The position numbers and the translations under genes were made by a program. Shown piece by piece: positions 1-10,086 of a DNA stretch of 64,000 nucleotides; position 1 is the stretch's first letter, and every line of letters starts with the position of its first letter. The DNA comes from Candidatus Cloacimonadota bacterium (GTDB lineage: Bacteria > Cloacimonadota > Cloacimonadia > Cloacimonadales > TCS61), in contig JAIPGP010000003.1 of assembly GCA_021735645.1 (NCBI GenBank), positions 6,917-70,916 of the forward strand. Reading direction: 5' to 3'. The notes under the pieces were generated by a model. It was given only the letters and a program-made list of their open reading frames with translations, made no database searches and was not told the origin of the DNA.

Positions 1-727
1 CCAGGATTTTTGATTGAGCTTCACCCTGAGCGCGGGCGATTTTGGCTTCTTTATCACCTTCAGCGACCAGGACCTGGGATCTTTTTTCACCTTCGGCTTC
101 CAGGATCCGTGCTCTTCTGTTTCTTTCGGCGCGCATCTGTTTTTCCATGGCATTACGGATATCTTCCGGGGGATTAATATCCTGCAGTTCCACACGATTA
201 ACCTTCACCCCCCATTTATCAGTAGCTTCATCGAGGATGATGCGCAGCTTGGTGTTGATAGTATCCCGGGAAGTGAGAGTTTTATCAAGTTCCAGTTCGC
301 CAATCACGTTACGCAGGGTAGTCTGGGTAAGTTTTTCAATTGCATCCGGCAGATTATGCACTTCATATAATGCTTTATAGGGATCAGTTATCTGGAAATA
401 GAGAACAGCATTAATCTCAATAGTCACATTGTCAGAAGTGATCACATTTTGGCGGGGGAAATCATATACGGTTTCCCGCAGGTCAATTCTGCTTTCAGAT
501 TTAGTGACAACATAGTTTTTACCTTTCAGGTCGGTACGAATATACCGCCAGAAAATGTTTCTAGGTTTATCAATGATGGGCCAGATAATGTGTAAGCCGG
601 GTATTAAAGAGCGGTTGTATTTACCTAATCTTTCCAGCACCATAACCTCTGCCTGTTTCACAACGACCACTCCCTTGGCGATCAGTAAAATAACAAAAAA
701 AGCAATAATAATGAGTAAAACTGTCAT
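1..727 (-). CDS. SPFH/band-7 (stomatin/QmcA-like) membrane protein, C-terminus cut by window edge
   Basis: Absent from the ORF track because it runs off the window. My minus-strand translation from ATG 727..725 (preceded by GAGGAGG) reads MTVLLIIIAFFVILLIAKGVVVVKQAEVMVLERLGKYNRSLIPGLHIIWPIIDKP...NVTIEINAVLYFQITDPYKALYEV...KWGVKVNRVELQDINPPEDIRNAMEKQMRAERNRRA, a typical SPFH domain. ATGA start/stop overlap with the upstream nfeD-like gene, the classic NfeD-stomatin pair. Confidence 0.85.
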   Translation of the reverse strand, partial: MTVLLIIIAFFVILLIAKGVVVVKQAEVMVLERLGKYNRSLIPGLHIIWPIIDKPRNIFWRYIRTDLKGKNYVVTKSESRIDLRETVYDFPRQNVITSDNVTIEINAVLYFQITDPYKALYEVHNLPDAIEKLTQTTLRNVIGELELDKTLTSRDTINTKLRIILDEATDKWGVKVNRVELQDINPPEDIRNAMEKQMRAERNRRARILEAEGEKRSQVLVAEGDKEAKIARAQGEAQSKIL

Positions 728-1179
728 TTTTCCTCCTCATAAATTTTTACAACGAGTTTATTACCATCAATATTTTTAACCACAATTTTCCGGTTAACCT
801 CAATCATGGCTTCATCATGGCTGATAGCAGACCATGTTTCACCACCAATTTTCACATAACCTTTTCCCGCTTCCGGTATCTGCTCCGTTACAAAACCTTT
901 CTTTCCCATTAGAGCATCTACATTAGTGGGGATTGTTTCTTTGGTCAGTTTTGAGCTCAACTTTCTGAGATTGAGAAAAAGGATAAAAGTGATAACAATA
1001 TAGATTATCAGTTGAGCCCAGAAAGGCAGATGAGTGAGCGTGACCAAACCTGTAATAATAGCACCCAGTCCAAAACTTAGAAATAAAAACCCAGGAGTAA
1101 ATATTTCTATGATCATGCAAATTACTCCTATAGCGATCCAAATCATCCACGGGTCAGTTAAAATCATACTTCCTCCCAT
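724..1179 (-). CDS. NfeD-family membrane protein (stomatin operon partner)
   Basis: 151 aa with N-terminal TM helices and a C-terminal soluble OB-like segment (GYVKIGGETWSA...). Overlaps the downstream SPFH gene by ATGA. Confidence 0.75.
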   Translation of the reverse strand: MGGSMILTDPWMIWIAIGVICMIIEIFTPGFLFLSFGLGAIITGLVTLTHLPFWAQLIIYIVITFILFLNLRKLSSKLTKETIPTNVDALMGKKGFVTEQIPEAGKGYVKIGGETWSAISHDEAMIEVNRKIVVKNIDGNKLVVKIYEEEK

Positions 1180-1194
1180 ATTTAAGTAAAAAAC

Positions 1195-2124
1195 TTATTC
1201 TTTAGTAACCTTCTGCTTGATGACATTGCCATCTTCATCTTTATAAATTTTTTTCACTTTTTTCGGTCTGCGATAATAGTATCTGCTTTTGTAGGAATTG
1301 CCTCCATAACTGTATCCACCTGAAGATGAGCGTGAAGTTTTGATTCCTAAAAGCTGCATCAGCTTAAAAAGCATTATCACAAAATAATTGGCAACAATTA
1401 AAAGCAAAATAGAAATTATTAAAAAGATCAGAAAATATAGCAGAAAGTTTTTAACCATATTTATTCGTCTGGTTCTTAACGTAATCTGCTGAGAGTTATC
1501 CTGATACAGAGAAGCCACATAAACAAGTTTATTATCCACCAGACTATTAAAAATCTTCTGCTGATTTCTAAGGCTGTCTATTTCCAATTGGATATTTGTG
1601 AGGTTTTCATTATATTTAGTGATCCTGTCTTCTGTGAGCAGCACAGCGTTATCGATTTTGTTTTCCAGAGTGCGTTTCACTCTCTCTTTGTTCTTGATAT
1701 GGTCTTCTATATTAATTTTAAATTTCTCAGGATCAGCAGAATCCAGAAATTCCTGGTTGAGCCTTTCCAGCCCTCTCAGTTCAGTCATAATTTTATCTGA
1801 CAGCGAATCAGGGAAATCAAAAACAGAGACATAATAGCTCTGTGTATCATTTGCATATTGCGGGTTGATACCATATTTTCCATAAATATTCTGGAGAGCG
1901 AAATTGAATTCTTTAAGGTTTGGAGTTGTATATAGCAGTTTGATTTTTTTATCATTGCCGGCGTTTTCAAAAACCGTTTCTGCCCGGATATCATCAATTT
2001 TACTGACAGTTATCTTGTGACTGAATATATTTTGAATATCAGATAACCTGGCAGCGAAGTAGACAGCTACCCCAATAATAACAATAATAATTATGTATTT
2101 AGTACTTTTTCTTAGTCTGAACAT
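1195..2124 (-). CDS. Hypothetical membrane protein with central coiled-coil and C-terminal TM plus basic/Tyr-Gly-rich tail (DUF4349-like architecture)
   Basis: 309-aa ORF with an N-terminal TM (IIIIVIIGVAVYFAA), a coiled-coil-like middle and a C-terminal TM (FLLYFLIFLIISILLLIVANYFVIMLF). No recognisable catalytic motif. Confidence 0.5.
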   Translation of the reverse strand: MFRLRKSTKYIIIIVIIGVAVYFAARLSDIQNIFSHKITVSKIDDIRAETVFENAGNDKKIKLLYTTPNLKEFNFALQNIYGKYGINPQYANDTQSYYVSVFDFPDSLSDKIMTELRGLERLNQEFLDSADPEKFKINIEDHIKNKERVKRTLENKIDNAVLLTEDRITKYNENLTNIQLEIDSLRNQQKIFNSLVDNKLVYVASLYQDNSQQITLRTRRINMVKNFLLYFLIFLIISILLLIVANYFVIMLFKLMQLLGIKTSRSSSGGYSYGGNSYKSRYYYRRPKKVKKIYKDEDGNVIKQKVTKE

Positions 2125-3818
2125 TAATTTTTTCCTGCCTTATTTAGCAATTCTTCAGCATGATTCAGAGCCAGATCTGAATCTGAGCCGGAAAGCATCC
2201 GTGCTATCTCATTTACCCTATTTTTATTGTCCAGTTTTTTTACAATAATAAATGAAATATTCTGGTCATTCTTTTTCTCAATTAGTAAATGAGTTGCTGC
2301 AAACACCGCTATCTGCGCCAGATGTGTAATGCAGATAACCTGGTGATGACCTGCTATTGTATTTATATATTCACCCGTATATTCCGCAGTCCTGCCCCCG
2401 ATCCCAGTATCTATTTCATCAAAAATGATAGATTTGGTATATAGATAGGAAGCCAGGAGTTTTTTAACCGCCAGGAGAAATCGTGAAAGCTCACCACCAG
2501 AGGCAGCAACTTTTAACGGCTGCATTTCCACCCCCAGATTGGCAGTGAAATAGATTTCCACCTGATCTTTTCCCGAGGCAGCAAGCTGGGAAAAATAATC
2601 TTCTTTATCCTTAGTAAGGTCATAAAATCTGATTTCTACCTGGGCAGCCGGCATTGCCAGCAGTTTAATATTTTTCTGCATCAGACTGGAGAATTTTGCA
2701 GCAGTTTTTTTTCGTAAAAGTGACAATTTTTCAGCACTATCTTGCAGATTTGTCAAACTGGCAGCTATTTCATCTTTCAGTCTGGAGATTTTTTCCTGGT
2801 CAGAACTAAATCCTGCAATAAAATTTCTAATTTCCTGCTCATAGATAATAATCTCTTCCAAAGACCTTTTATACTTCATTTTCAGAGAATTGAGGAAATC
2901 CAGTCTTGCAGTAACGTCCTGCAATCTGAGTGGATCAAGGTCAATACTGCTTTTCAGATCAAGCAGCTCAGAGTTTGCGGCTTCCAGATTTGCCAGGCAA
3001 TCACGCAGAATCGAACTGGCATTCCTGATATTCAGGCTGTCACCTTCATAAGACATCAGACGGGAAAGAAAATAATTTATCTTATCAAACAGAGAATTTT
3101 CGCCTTCCAGGCAATCCTGTCCAAAACTCTCCTGTAATTCCAGTAATTCTTCTGAATTGAGCAAAAGAATCAATTCTTCATTCAACTGCTCATCTTCACC
3201 CGCAGAAATACCGGCATTTTCAATTTCTTCCAGTTGGTAGGAATACAAGTCAAATTTATCTCTGTTTGCTTTTTCCTGATTGAGCAGATTGTGATATTGT
3301 CTAAGAATATTATGATGCTGATGATATTTATCCTGAAAATCTGCTAACTCCTGATCATGCCTGCCAAAAGCATCTAATATTTCTAACTGATAATCATTAT
3401 TAAATAATCTTTGCTGATCACGCTGACTGTGAAAATCAATGATAGCAGCTTTGAACTTCCTGACAATTGAATTAGTGGATCTGACGCCATTTAAGTAAGT
3501 TTTAGCTTTCAGGCTGGAGCTGATGATCTTACTGACAAATAATTCGCCTTCATCACAATCAAGTTCATATTCATTGATCAATTCTATAAGTGCCTGATTG
3601 CTTTTATCTACATCAAAGCAGACTTCAATTTCTGCCGCTTCATTATCCTGAAAAACCATTCCGGGTCGGACATTTCCACCTAAAACGGTATTTATTGCTT
3701 CAATTATAACAGACTTTCCTGCCCCGGTTTCTCCGGAAAAAATATTTAAACCTGCCGTAAACTCCAGAGCAAGCTCTTTCACCAGAATATAATTCTTTAT
3801 CTTTAATGATTTCAGCAT
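2124..3818 (-). CDS. recN: DNA repair protein RecN
   Basis: 564 aa. N-terminal Walker A GETGAGKS, long coiled-coil middle, C-terminal ASGGELSRFLLA signature and FDEIDTGIGG Walker B. nadK-recN synteny. Confidence 0.93.
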   Translation of the reverse strand: MLKSLKIKNYILVKELALEFTAGLNIFSGETGAGKSVIIEAINTVLGGNVRPGMVFQDNEAAEIEVCFDVDKSNQALIELINEYELDCDEGELFVSKIISSSLKAKTYLNGVRSTNSIVRKFKAAIIDFHSQRDQQRLFNNDYQLEILDAFGRHDQELADFQDKYHQHHNILRQYHNLLNQEKANRDKFDLYSYQLEEIENAGISAGEDEQLNEELILLLNSEELLELQESFGQDCLEGENSLFDKINYFLSRLMSYEGDSLNIRNASSILRDCLANLEAANSELLDLKSSIDLDPLRLQDVTARLDFLNSLKMKYKRSLEEIIIYEQEIRNFIAGFSSDQEKISRLKDEIAASLTNLQDSAEKLSLLRKKTAAKFSSLMQKNIKLLAMPAAQVEIRFYDLTKDKEDYFSQLAASGKDQVEIYFTANLGVEMQPLKVAASGGELSRFLLAVKKLLASYLYTKSIIFDEIDTGIGGRTAEYTGEYINTIAGHHQVICITHLAQIAVFAATHLLIEKKNDQNISFIIVKKLDNKNRVNEIARMLSGSDSDLALNHAEELLNKAGKN

Positions 3819-4663
3819 TATCTTCTTCCCAGGTGCATTTTATTCCGTAATGTCTTAAAGAAAGTCCGATTTGATAATTTAATAAAATCCACCTTTCTCT
3901 GGGCGGAAGTGACTGTTATCCGGTCACCGGCAAATAATTGAGCACAATTTTGACCATCAAGCTGCAGCCGGCAGGTTTCTGCTTCTGATTCTATCACAAA
4001 GCTGATATTACTTCCAGCGGGAAATACTATAGGCCGCACGGTGAGAACATGGGGAGTAATGGGAACTACAACAATGGCATCCATAACCGGAGAAATTATA
4101 GGACCTCCGGCAGACAGTGAGTAGGCAGTGGAACCAGTAGGCGAAGCAGCAATAATGCCATCGCATCTGGTGGAAAACACATATCTGCGGTCATCATAGA
4201 CTTTTAAGCTAATCAGTTGGGGTTTTTCACCTTTAGATATCACAGCATCATTAAGAGCCAGGTCATTTATAAACATTTTATCATCGCGTCTAATTGTGAT
4301 TTTCAGCATCATCCGTGAAAGTAGTTTATATTTCTGTTTTTTCAAGGCTAAAATAGATTTGTCCAGTTCATCTAAGGAAATTTCCGATAGAAATCCCAGA
4401 TGACCAAGGTTCACTCCCAATATAGGTACCCGATAATACAAAGCACTTTTTACTGCTCTCAGAATTGTGCCATCACCCCCAAATACCAGAATACTATCGA
4501 TCTTTGTATTCTTTTTCAATACTGGAAAATATTGTTGATATTCCGTTTGTTCTTCCAGAATATAGAACTCTAATTCATAATTTTCCCTGAGCCTCTGTAG
4601 AATTGCGAGTGTATCTTTAAAATCTTCATTCGATAAATTGAAGTAGAGCAGAAATTTATTCAT
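3818..4663 (-). CDS. nadK: NAD(+) kinase
   Basis: 281 aa with a GGDGT motif (VFGGDGTILRA) and a typical NadK C-terminal half (TPTGSTAYSLSAGGPI). Confidence 0.9.
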   Translation of the reverse strand: MNKFLLYFNLSNEDFKDTLAILQRLRENYELEFYILEEQTEYQQYFPVLKKNTKIDSILVFGGDGTILRAVKSALYYRVPILGVNLGHLGFLSEISLDELDKSILALKKQKYKLLSRMMLKITIRRDDKMFINDLALNDAVISKGEKPQLISLKVYDDRRYVFSTRCDGIIAASPTGSTAYSLSAGGPIISPVMDAIVVVPITPHVLTVRPIVFPAGSNISFVIESEAETCRLQLDGQNCAQLFAGDRITVTSAQRKVDFIKLSNRTFFKTLRNKMHLGRR

Positions 4664-5735
4664 AGATCACCCCCGTAAACGAATCCATTATTCGCAGATA
4701 AGAATTGTATCTTTCCTGATCATATTCGCCATTTTCAACTGCATTTTTCACAGCACAATCCTTTTCATGGGTATGAGTACAATTTTGAAATTGACATTTA
4801 TCTCCCATTTCCGCCATACCCGGAAATACGTATTTTATCTCGTTCCTGCTTTCTTCATGCAAAGTGAGTGTCTTTATACCAGGCGTATCGATCATATTAC
4901 CGCCAAACTCCCAACTGAATATCTTGCTGCGGGTAGTTGTGTGCATTCCCTTTCCTGTCACTTCACTTGTAGAAGATACCTTGAGATTAAGGCCGGGCTG
5001 CAACTGATTGATCAATGAAGACTTACCCACGCCGGAATGCCCGACAAACACCGTATCTTTGTCTTTCAGAATAGCTTTCAATTCTGCTTTTCCTCTTCCA
5101 TCTAAGGCTGAGCAAAGCACAATTTCTATGCCGGTTTGCCGATAAAACTCAGCTTCCTTTTCTATCTCAGCAATACTTTCTGCTAAATCTATTTTATTGA
5201 TACAAATCACAGGTACAATATCATCTAATCTGGCAGCACAGATCAATCTATCAACCAGACCGAAATTGAGTTCTGGATTATGATATGATGTCATTATGAT
5301 CACGTTATCAATATTAGCTGCTATCAATATTCCCTTCTGAAAACTATCTTCAGTATATCTCACCAGCGTATTTTTCCGCTCGCAAATTTCTTCTATCCGG
5401 TTTTCGACAGAAGTATCTATTTTCACCCAGTCACCCACTGCAACAATATTTCTGGTATTATGCTGCAGGTGTTTCAGCCTGCCGCTGACAGGGCAGATCA
5501 GGCGTGTATTCTCACTTTCCACCAGACACTTATAGTTAGAATATATTTCCACTACTCTACCGGAGAGCAGCTTTAGATCAGATTTCTGGCTTTTCAAGCC
5601 TTTCTTCAGGAGTTTTTTATCCGCTTTTTTTTCGTGAATTACCTCTTCATCAATAAAATCATCAATTCCCGAAATATCAGCATTAGAAATACTGATATCC
5701 TGACGTTTAAACTTCTTTCTATCTTTTTTCTTCAT
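4656..5735 (-). CDS. rsgA: Ribosome small-subunit-dependent GTPase A (RsgA/YjeQ) with Lys-rich N-terminal extension
   Basis: Circularly permuted GTPase motifs (NKIDL ... GHSGVGKSSLIN). C-terminal zinc knuckle CQFQNCTHTHEKDCAV. Confidence 0.9.
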   Translation of the reverse strand: MKKKDRKKFKRQDISISNADISGIDDFIDEEVIHEKKADKKLLKKGLKSQKSDLKLLSGRVVEIYSNYKCLVESENTRLICPVSGRLKHLQHNTRNIVAVGDWVKIDTSVENRIEEICERKNTLVRYTEDSFQKGILIAANIDNVIIMTSYHNPELNFGLVDRLICAARLDDIVPVICINKIDLAESIAEIEKEAEFYRQTGIEIVLCSALDGRGKAELKAILKDKDTVFVGHSGVGKSSLINQLQPGLNLKVSSTSEVTGKGMHTTTRSKIFSWEFGGNMIDTPGIKTLTLHEESRNEIKYVFPGMAEMGDKCQFQNCTHTHEKDCAVKNAVENGEYDQERYNSYLRIMDSFTGVIYE

Positions 5736-6510
5736 AAATTATCTTCTGCAGGGTTGCTGAAAGCTTATCCAGATCTACCCGGGTATTAAAACATGGTCCC
5801 TCTGGTCTGATATTCAATATTCCATATACCGGTAAAGGAAAAACATCCTGAATACCACTTACCAGATCACGGTCACAAGCTACTGCCACAATAAATTTAG
5901 GTCTGAATTTCAGCACTATTCTTCTGGCTAAAGTTCCACCGTTTGCTATAGCAATGGAAACTTTAAAATTTTCAGCGATGGACAGTAATCCGGCAATATC
6001 GCATTTTCCGCATCTTTCACAATTATATATATCATTGCTGAGTCGAATTTTACATTCATTATTCTGCAGGCAGTGAGGAAGAAGAATCAATATTTCCTCA
6101 GGACGAAATTGCTGTCTGGAGGCTTTGATAAAGCTGTTATTCACATGCACAAAAGATTCACGGATTCTTTCCCGGCTGACCCCGCAAATCGTTCCTAGAA
6201 AAATTGTGATCGGATACATAATTCTGTTATAGAGATTCACGGCAAATTTCACAATCAGGAAATTCTTCTCAAAGATACTCGTGAGCATCACGGTACTGAC
6301 CCCTATCAGCAAAATCAGGAAAAATAATCTTAGTAAGGCTAATGAAATGGGACGCAATATTTCATAAATATCATCCAGTCGCGGTGCTATAAACCACCAA
6401 AGCAGGGTTGTAAGTCCCATTAACAAACACAGTGAACTCAAAGACAAAAGCAGATAGAGATATTTACTTCTGCTATTTATTTTCATCTTCTGCACCGAAT
6501 TTTTCTCCAT
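5719..6510 (-). CDS. DUF116-family membrane protein with Cys cluster
   Basis: 263 aa with N-terminal TM helices and a C-terminal domain carrying LPHCLQNNECK...CERCGKCDI. The start may be the internal Met at 6486. Sits directly downstream of fmt-def. Confidence 0.6.
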   Translation of the reverse strand: MEKNSVQKMKINSRSKYLYLLLSLSSLCLLMGLTTLLWWFIAPRLDDIYEILRPISLALLRLFFLILLIGVSTVMLTSIFEKNFLIVKFAVNLYNRIMYPITIFLGTICGVSRERIRESFVHVNNSFIKASRQQFRPEEILILLPHCLQNNECKIRLSNDIYNCERCGKCDIAGLLSIAENFKVSIAIANGGTLARRIVLKFRPKFIVAVACDRDLVSGIQDVFPLPVYGILNIRPEGPCFNTRVDLDKLSATLQKIIYEEKR

Positions 6511-7432
6511 TCACGATTCTGGCTCCCAAATTAAAATCATAACCTGTCATTACTTTCTTTCCTGCCGGCTGCACCTTTGTGATTAATATTTGTTCATTTC
6601 CTGTTGCCAGGAGTATCCCCTGGTTTTTTATTACTTCTATCACGCTGCCGGGATTTGCTGCCGTTTTCACTCCAGAACGTCTGACAGCAATGATCTTTAC
6701 CGGTTTATTCCTGAACGATGTTGCTGCTCCAGGCTTCTCTGCCAGTGCTCTCACCTGATTATATATCTGCTCTGCCTGATTATGCCAGTCTATCTGCAAA
6801 TCATCTTTTTCAAGTTTATGGCAAATACTCACCAGCTTTTCATCCTGAGCTATTTCCACCACACTGTCATTCTCAAACCGGCTGATCAATTCCAGCAGAT
6901 CAGATGCTCCCTGATCTGCCAGTTTTACCAGCAGAGTACTATAATTATCTTCTTCCAGAATATGATAACTGCTTTGCGACAGAACTGGTCCTGCATCCAT
7001 CTTAGCTACCAGCCGAAATATTGTAACGCCGGTAATCTTATCTCCAGCCCATAGACTGGCATTTACCGGAGTAGCGCCTCTCCAGGCAGGTAAGAGCGAA
7101 GGATGAATATTTACCGCTCCTTTTTTTGGTAATCTTCTCAACTCCCGCCCTATATAACCACCATAGGCTGCCGTAACAATTAAATCTGGTCTCTCATACC
7201 TGATCCGCTCCAATGACTCCCTACTGTTGATATTCTCCGGCTGAAACACTGCTATACCCAATTCCTGGGCTTTCTGCTTCAATACTGGAGCTGTCAAACG
7301 CTGTTTCCTGCCCTGAGGCTTATCTGGCTGAGTTACGCATAATACTGGTTGATAACCTTTTTCTGAAAGTAGCTGTAAAGCAGGCACAGCAAATTGCGGA
7401 GTGCCCATAAATATAATTTTATTGATCTTCAT
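6473..7432 (-). CDS. fmt: Methionyl-tRNA formyltransferase
   Basis: 319 aa. MGTPQFAVPAL N-terminus and the HPSLLPAWRGATPV motif. def-fmt operon order. Confidence 0.93.
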   Translation of the reverse strand: MKINKIIFMGTPQFAVPALQLLSEKGYQPVLCVTQPDKPQGRKQRLTAPVLKQKAQELGIAVFQPENINSRESLERIRYERPDLIVTAAYGGYIGRELRRLPKKGAVNIHPSLLPAWRGATPVNASLWAGDKITGVTIFRLVAKMDAGPVLSQSSYHILEEDNYSTLLVKLADQGASDLLELISRFENDSVVEIAQDEKLVSICHKLEKDDLQIDWHNQAEQIYNQVRALAEKPGAATSFRNKPVKIIAVRRSGVKTAANPGSVIEVIKNQGILLATGNEQILITKVQPAGKKVMTGYDFNLGARIVNGEKFGAEDENK

Positions 7433-7991
7433 GCTGTTTTTGCTTTATATTTACTCCCTCAGCATTAGTAGTACTTTTTAGTTCCTTGACTTTCCTGGCA
7501 AATTTCACTCGCTGTAAAGGTGGGATTTTATCAATAAAAAGAATACCATCCAAATGATCATTTTCATGCTGCAGACTGCGAGCAAAAAAACCTTCTGCTT
7601 CATATCTCACAGATTCAAAATTCTCATTTAATCCCTCTATTACCACTTTACTCGCTCTGGTCACCTTTCCCCAAATACCAGGTAAACTCAAACATCCCTC
7701 TTCATCCTGATCTTCACCGCTGAATTCCACAAACTGCGGATTGATCAAAACTCGCGGATTCTTCTGATGACCTTCTCGATACCAATAGGGGTCAACCACA
7801 AATATCCGCAGCGATTTTCCCACCTGCGGAGCTGCCAGACCCACTCCGTCATCAGCATACATGGTAAGTGTCAAATCTCTGATAAACTTCCTGATTTCAT
7901 CTGTCAATTCCGTCACTTCTACAGCTTTCTGACGTAATACTTTATCACCAATAACTCTTATCGGCAATAATTCGGCTTCATCTCTCGGCAT
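7419..7991 (-). CDS. def: Peptide deformylase
   Basis: Motifs GVGLAAPQ, EGCLSLPG and HENDHLDG are all present. Confidence 0.93.
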   Translation of the reverse strand: MPRDEAELLPIRVIGDKVLRQKAVEVTELTDEIRKFIRDLTLTMYADDGVGLAAPQVGKSLRIFVVDPYWYREGHQKNPRVLINPQFVEFSGEDQDEEGCLSLPGIWGKVTRASKVVIEGLNENFESVRYEAEGFFARSLQHENDHLDGILFIDKIPPLQRVKFARKVKELKSTTNAEGVNIKQKQHEDQ

Positions 7992-7992
7992 A

Positions 7993-8331
7993 TTATTCCT
8001 TATCAGGGGCTATCACTCCTGCAATAGCACTTCTTAGAATTTCTATCTTGGTATTATCATCAATTTTAAGAACTACTATACTCTTTTCTTTCTTGAAATT
8101 AGTTATTATACCATATATCCCGCCGGTAGTGATCACTTTGTCATTAATTTTCAGTTCATTAAGCATGTGTTCTACTTCTTTCTGACGCTTTCTTTGCGGT
8201 CTAATCATCATGAACCACACGATCGCGAACATAAAAATGAAGGGAACAAACTGTAAAAGTGACCCTCCCTGAGCTGCTTCATTAGTTCCAGTAGTTGCCG
8301 GGGCGGTTGCCATCAATAAATTTAAAATCAT
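7993..8331 (-). CDS. yajC: Preprotein translocase subunit YajC
   Basis: 112 aa with a single TM followed by RPQRKRQKE...L..GD.V.T.GGI.G, the typical YajC pattern. Confidence 0.85.
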   Translation of the reverse strand: MILNLLMATAPATTGTNEAAQGGSLLQFVPFIFMFAIVWFMMIRPQRKRQKEVEHMLNELKINDKVITTGGIYGIITNFKKEKSIVVLKIDDNTKIEILRSAIAGVIAPDKE

Positions 8332-8353
8332 TGTATTTCTCCTTTTATCTTAT

Positions 8354-8821
8354 TTATAGAATAAGTCTAATTATCAATCTTGCTAATAAATTCGTATATA
8401 CTCCTGCCATAAGGTCATCTGCCATCACTCCAGCACCTCCTGGCAGCTTCTGCAATACATTCACTGGTTCTATCTTGAAAATATCAAATATCCTGAACAA
8501 AATAAATGCCAGTAAACCAGTGATGAAGCCTTTTGGTAAAAATGACACTGCCAGCAGATAGCCCAGAAATTCATCAATCACTATCTTGCCATTATCATGT
8601 CCCAGATATTTTTCTGCCCGGGTGATTACAGGCACAGACAAAATTGAAAGAAATATCACTGCCCCTAAAAAGATAAAATTTGAGCCAGCAGCAGCAAAGA
8701 TACTTTCCGGCAACAGCAGATATACTATAAAAGCAAGCAAAGTCCCCATTGTGCCAGGCATTTTGGGAAAATAACCACAACCCAGACAGGTGGAATATAT
8801 CACAGACCACTTGATTTTCAT
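8354..8821 (-). CDS. pgpA: Phosphatidylglycerophosphatase A
   Basis: 155 aa. PGTMGTLLA near the N-terminus and GGAGVMADDLMAGVY near the C-terminus. Confidence 0.8.
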   Translation of the reverse strand: MKIKWSVIYSTCLGCGYFPKMPGTMGTLLAFIVYLLLPESIFAAAGSNFIFLGAVIFLSILSVPVITRAEKYLGHDNGKIVIDEFLGYLLAVSFLPKGFITGLLAFILFRIFDIFKIEPVNVLQKLPGGAGVMADDLMAGVYTNLLARLIIRLIL

Positions 8822-10086
8822 TATAAATATATCTCTATATAAGTCGTTTTTTTCAGATTATCTATCCAGCTTTCATAAATTTCTATCTGTTTCAGGTTAT
8901 AAACCTGGTCTTTCAACTGATCATAAAGTTCTTCATAGGTATAACTTCTGGCTGGCATTCTTTCCAGCTTGCTGAATATATATAAGTTATCTCCCTCGCT
9001 AATCACATCAGTGATCTCACCATAATCCAGTGCTTTAAAATAACTGCTGAATAACTCCGGATAGTTATCTGGTTGAAATTCTCCGATCACTCCGCCATTT
9101 GCCGCCGATGAATCCTCCTGCGAGTATTCCCGGGCTAATTCACCAAAATCTTCACCATTGATGATCCGATCATGAATCTCGGCTGCCAGTGCTTCTATCT
9201 TTGCCCTGTCTGCCGGAGTTGCTTCCAGCTTCTTAAGTATATGGCTTACCTTGATCTGATCATCCTTCCTTTCCTGCAATAAGATCAAATGAAAGCCAAA
9301 TTCAGTTTCCACCAGATCACTCACTTCACCCTGCTCCAGTTTAAAAGCTGCTTCTTCAAAAGCTTTCACCGTCACTCCCCGTTCTATATAGCCCAAATCT
9401 CCACCATTAGCTCCACTGGGACAATCACTATACTTCTTTGCCAGTTCCGCAAAATCCGCCCCTTTATTCAGCTGATCTTTAAGGTCATACATCTCACGCT
9501 TCAATTCCTGCCGGGTAGTTTCACTCGGTTCTATCTTCAGTAAGATCATACCCAGCTTGTCTGAAGCCTTTTTCAACGGAATATCTGCCAAATGCTCCTG
9601 ATAATATTCTTCCACTTCCGCATCTGTAACGTGCACCTGGCTGGTTATCTCCTGTGCTATCAAACTTTCCCGCAATTTTTGTTCGGTTATCATATCTTCA
9701 TAATAGTCCTTCAGCTCATTTACAGTTAAATTAGTTTCCTGTTTAAGCTGCTGACGGAACTCCAGTTCTGTGGCATATTCTGATCTAATGCTCTCCAATT
9801 GCTGCTCGGCAATTTTCTTCACCATATAATCATCAACTTCTATTTCACTTTCTCTGGCTTTGATCAGGATCAACTCAGCTTCAATCATTTCATCCAGAAT
9901 TTCATCCAGACTAATATCTTCTTCTGCTATCCCGGTTGCCAGCAGCATCTGGTGTCTTTTATCTAATTCTGATTGTAATATTACTTCTCTGCCAACTTTT
10001 GTTACTATCCGGTCAATAGTCTCTCCTTGAATCATAAAACATAATGCCAGTAATATCAATAATATTACACTGTTCTTTTTCATCAT
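8821..10086 (-). CDS. SurA-like periplasmic chaperone / peptidyl-prolyl isomerase with two parvulin domains
   Basis: Signal peptide. Two PPIC-type segments (FAELAKKYSDCPSGANGGDLGYIERG and FGELAREYSQEDSSAANGGVIGEF). Confidence 0.8.
   Translation of the reverse strand: MMKKNSVILLILLALCFMIQGETIDRIVTKVGREVILQSELDKRHQMLLATGIAEEDISLDEILDEMIEAELILIKARESEIEVDDYMVKKIAEQQLESIRSEYATELEFRQQLKQETNLTVNELKDYYEDMITEQKLRESLIAQEITSQVHVTDAEVEEYYQEHLADIPLKKASDKLGMILLKIEPSETTRQELKREMYDLKDQLNKGADFAELAKKYSDCPSGANGGDLGYIERGVTVKAFEEAAFKLEQGEVSDLVETEFGFHLILLQERKDDQIKVSHILKKLEATPADRAKIEALAAEIHDRIINGEDFGELAREYSQEDSSAANGGVIGEFQPDNYPELFSSYFKALDYGEITDVISEGDNLYIFSKLERMPARSYTYEELYDQLKDQVYNLKQIEIYESWIDNLKKTTYIEIYL

Noticed and set aside
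14-380. Two plus-strand ORFs (118 and 112 aa) at the left edge of the window
   Set aside because: They are antisense to a clear SPFH/stomatin-like gene that I translated on the minus strand. Their sequences are low-complexity (Phe/Ser-rich) with no motif.
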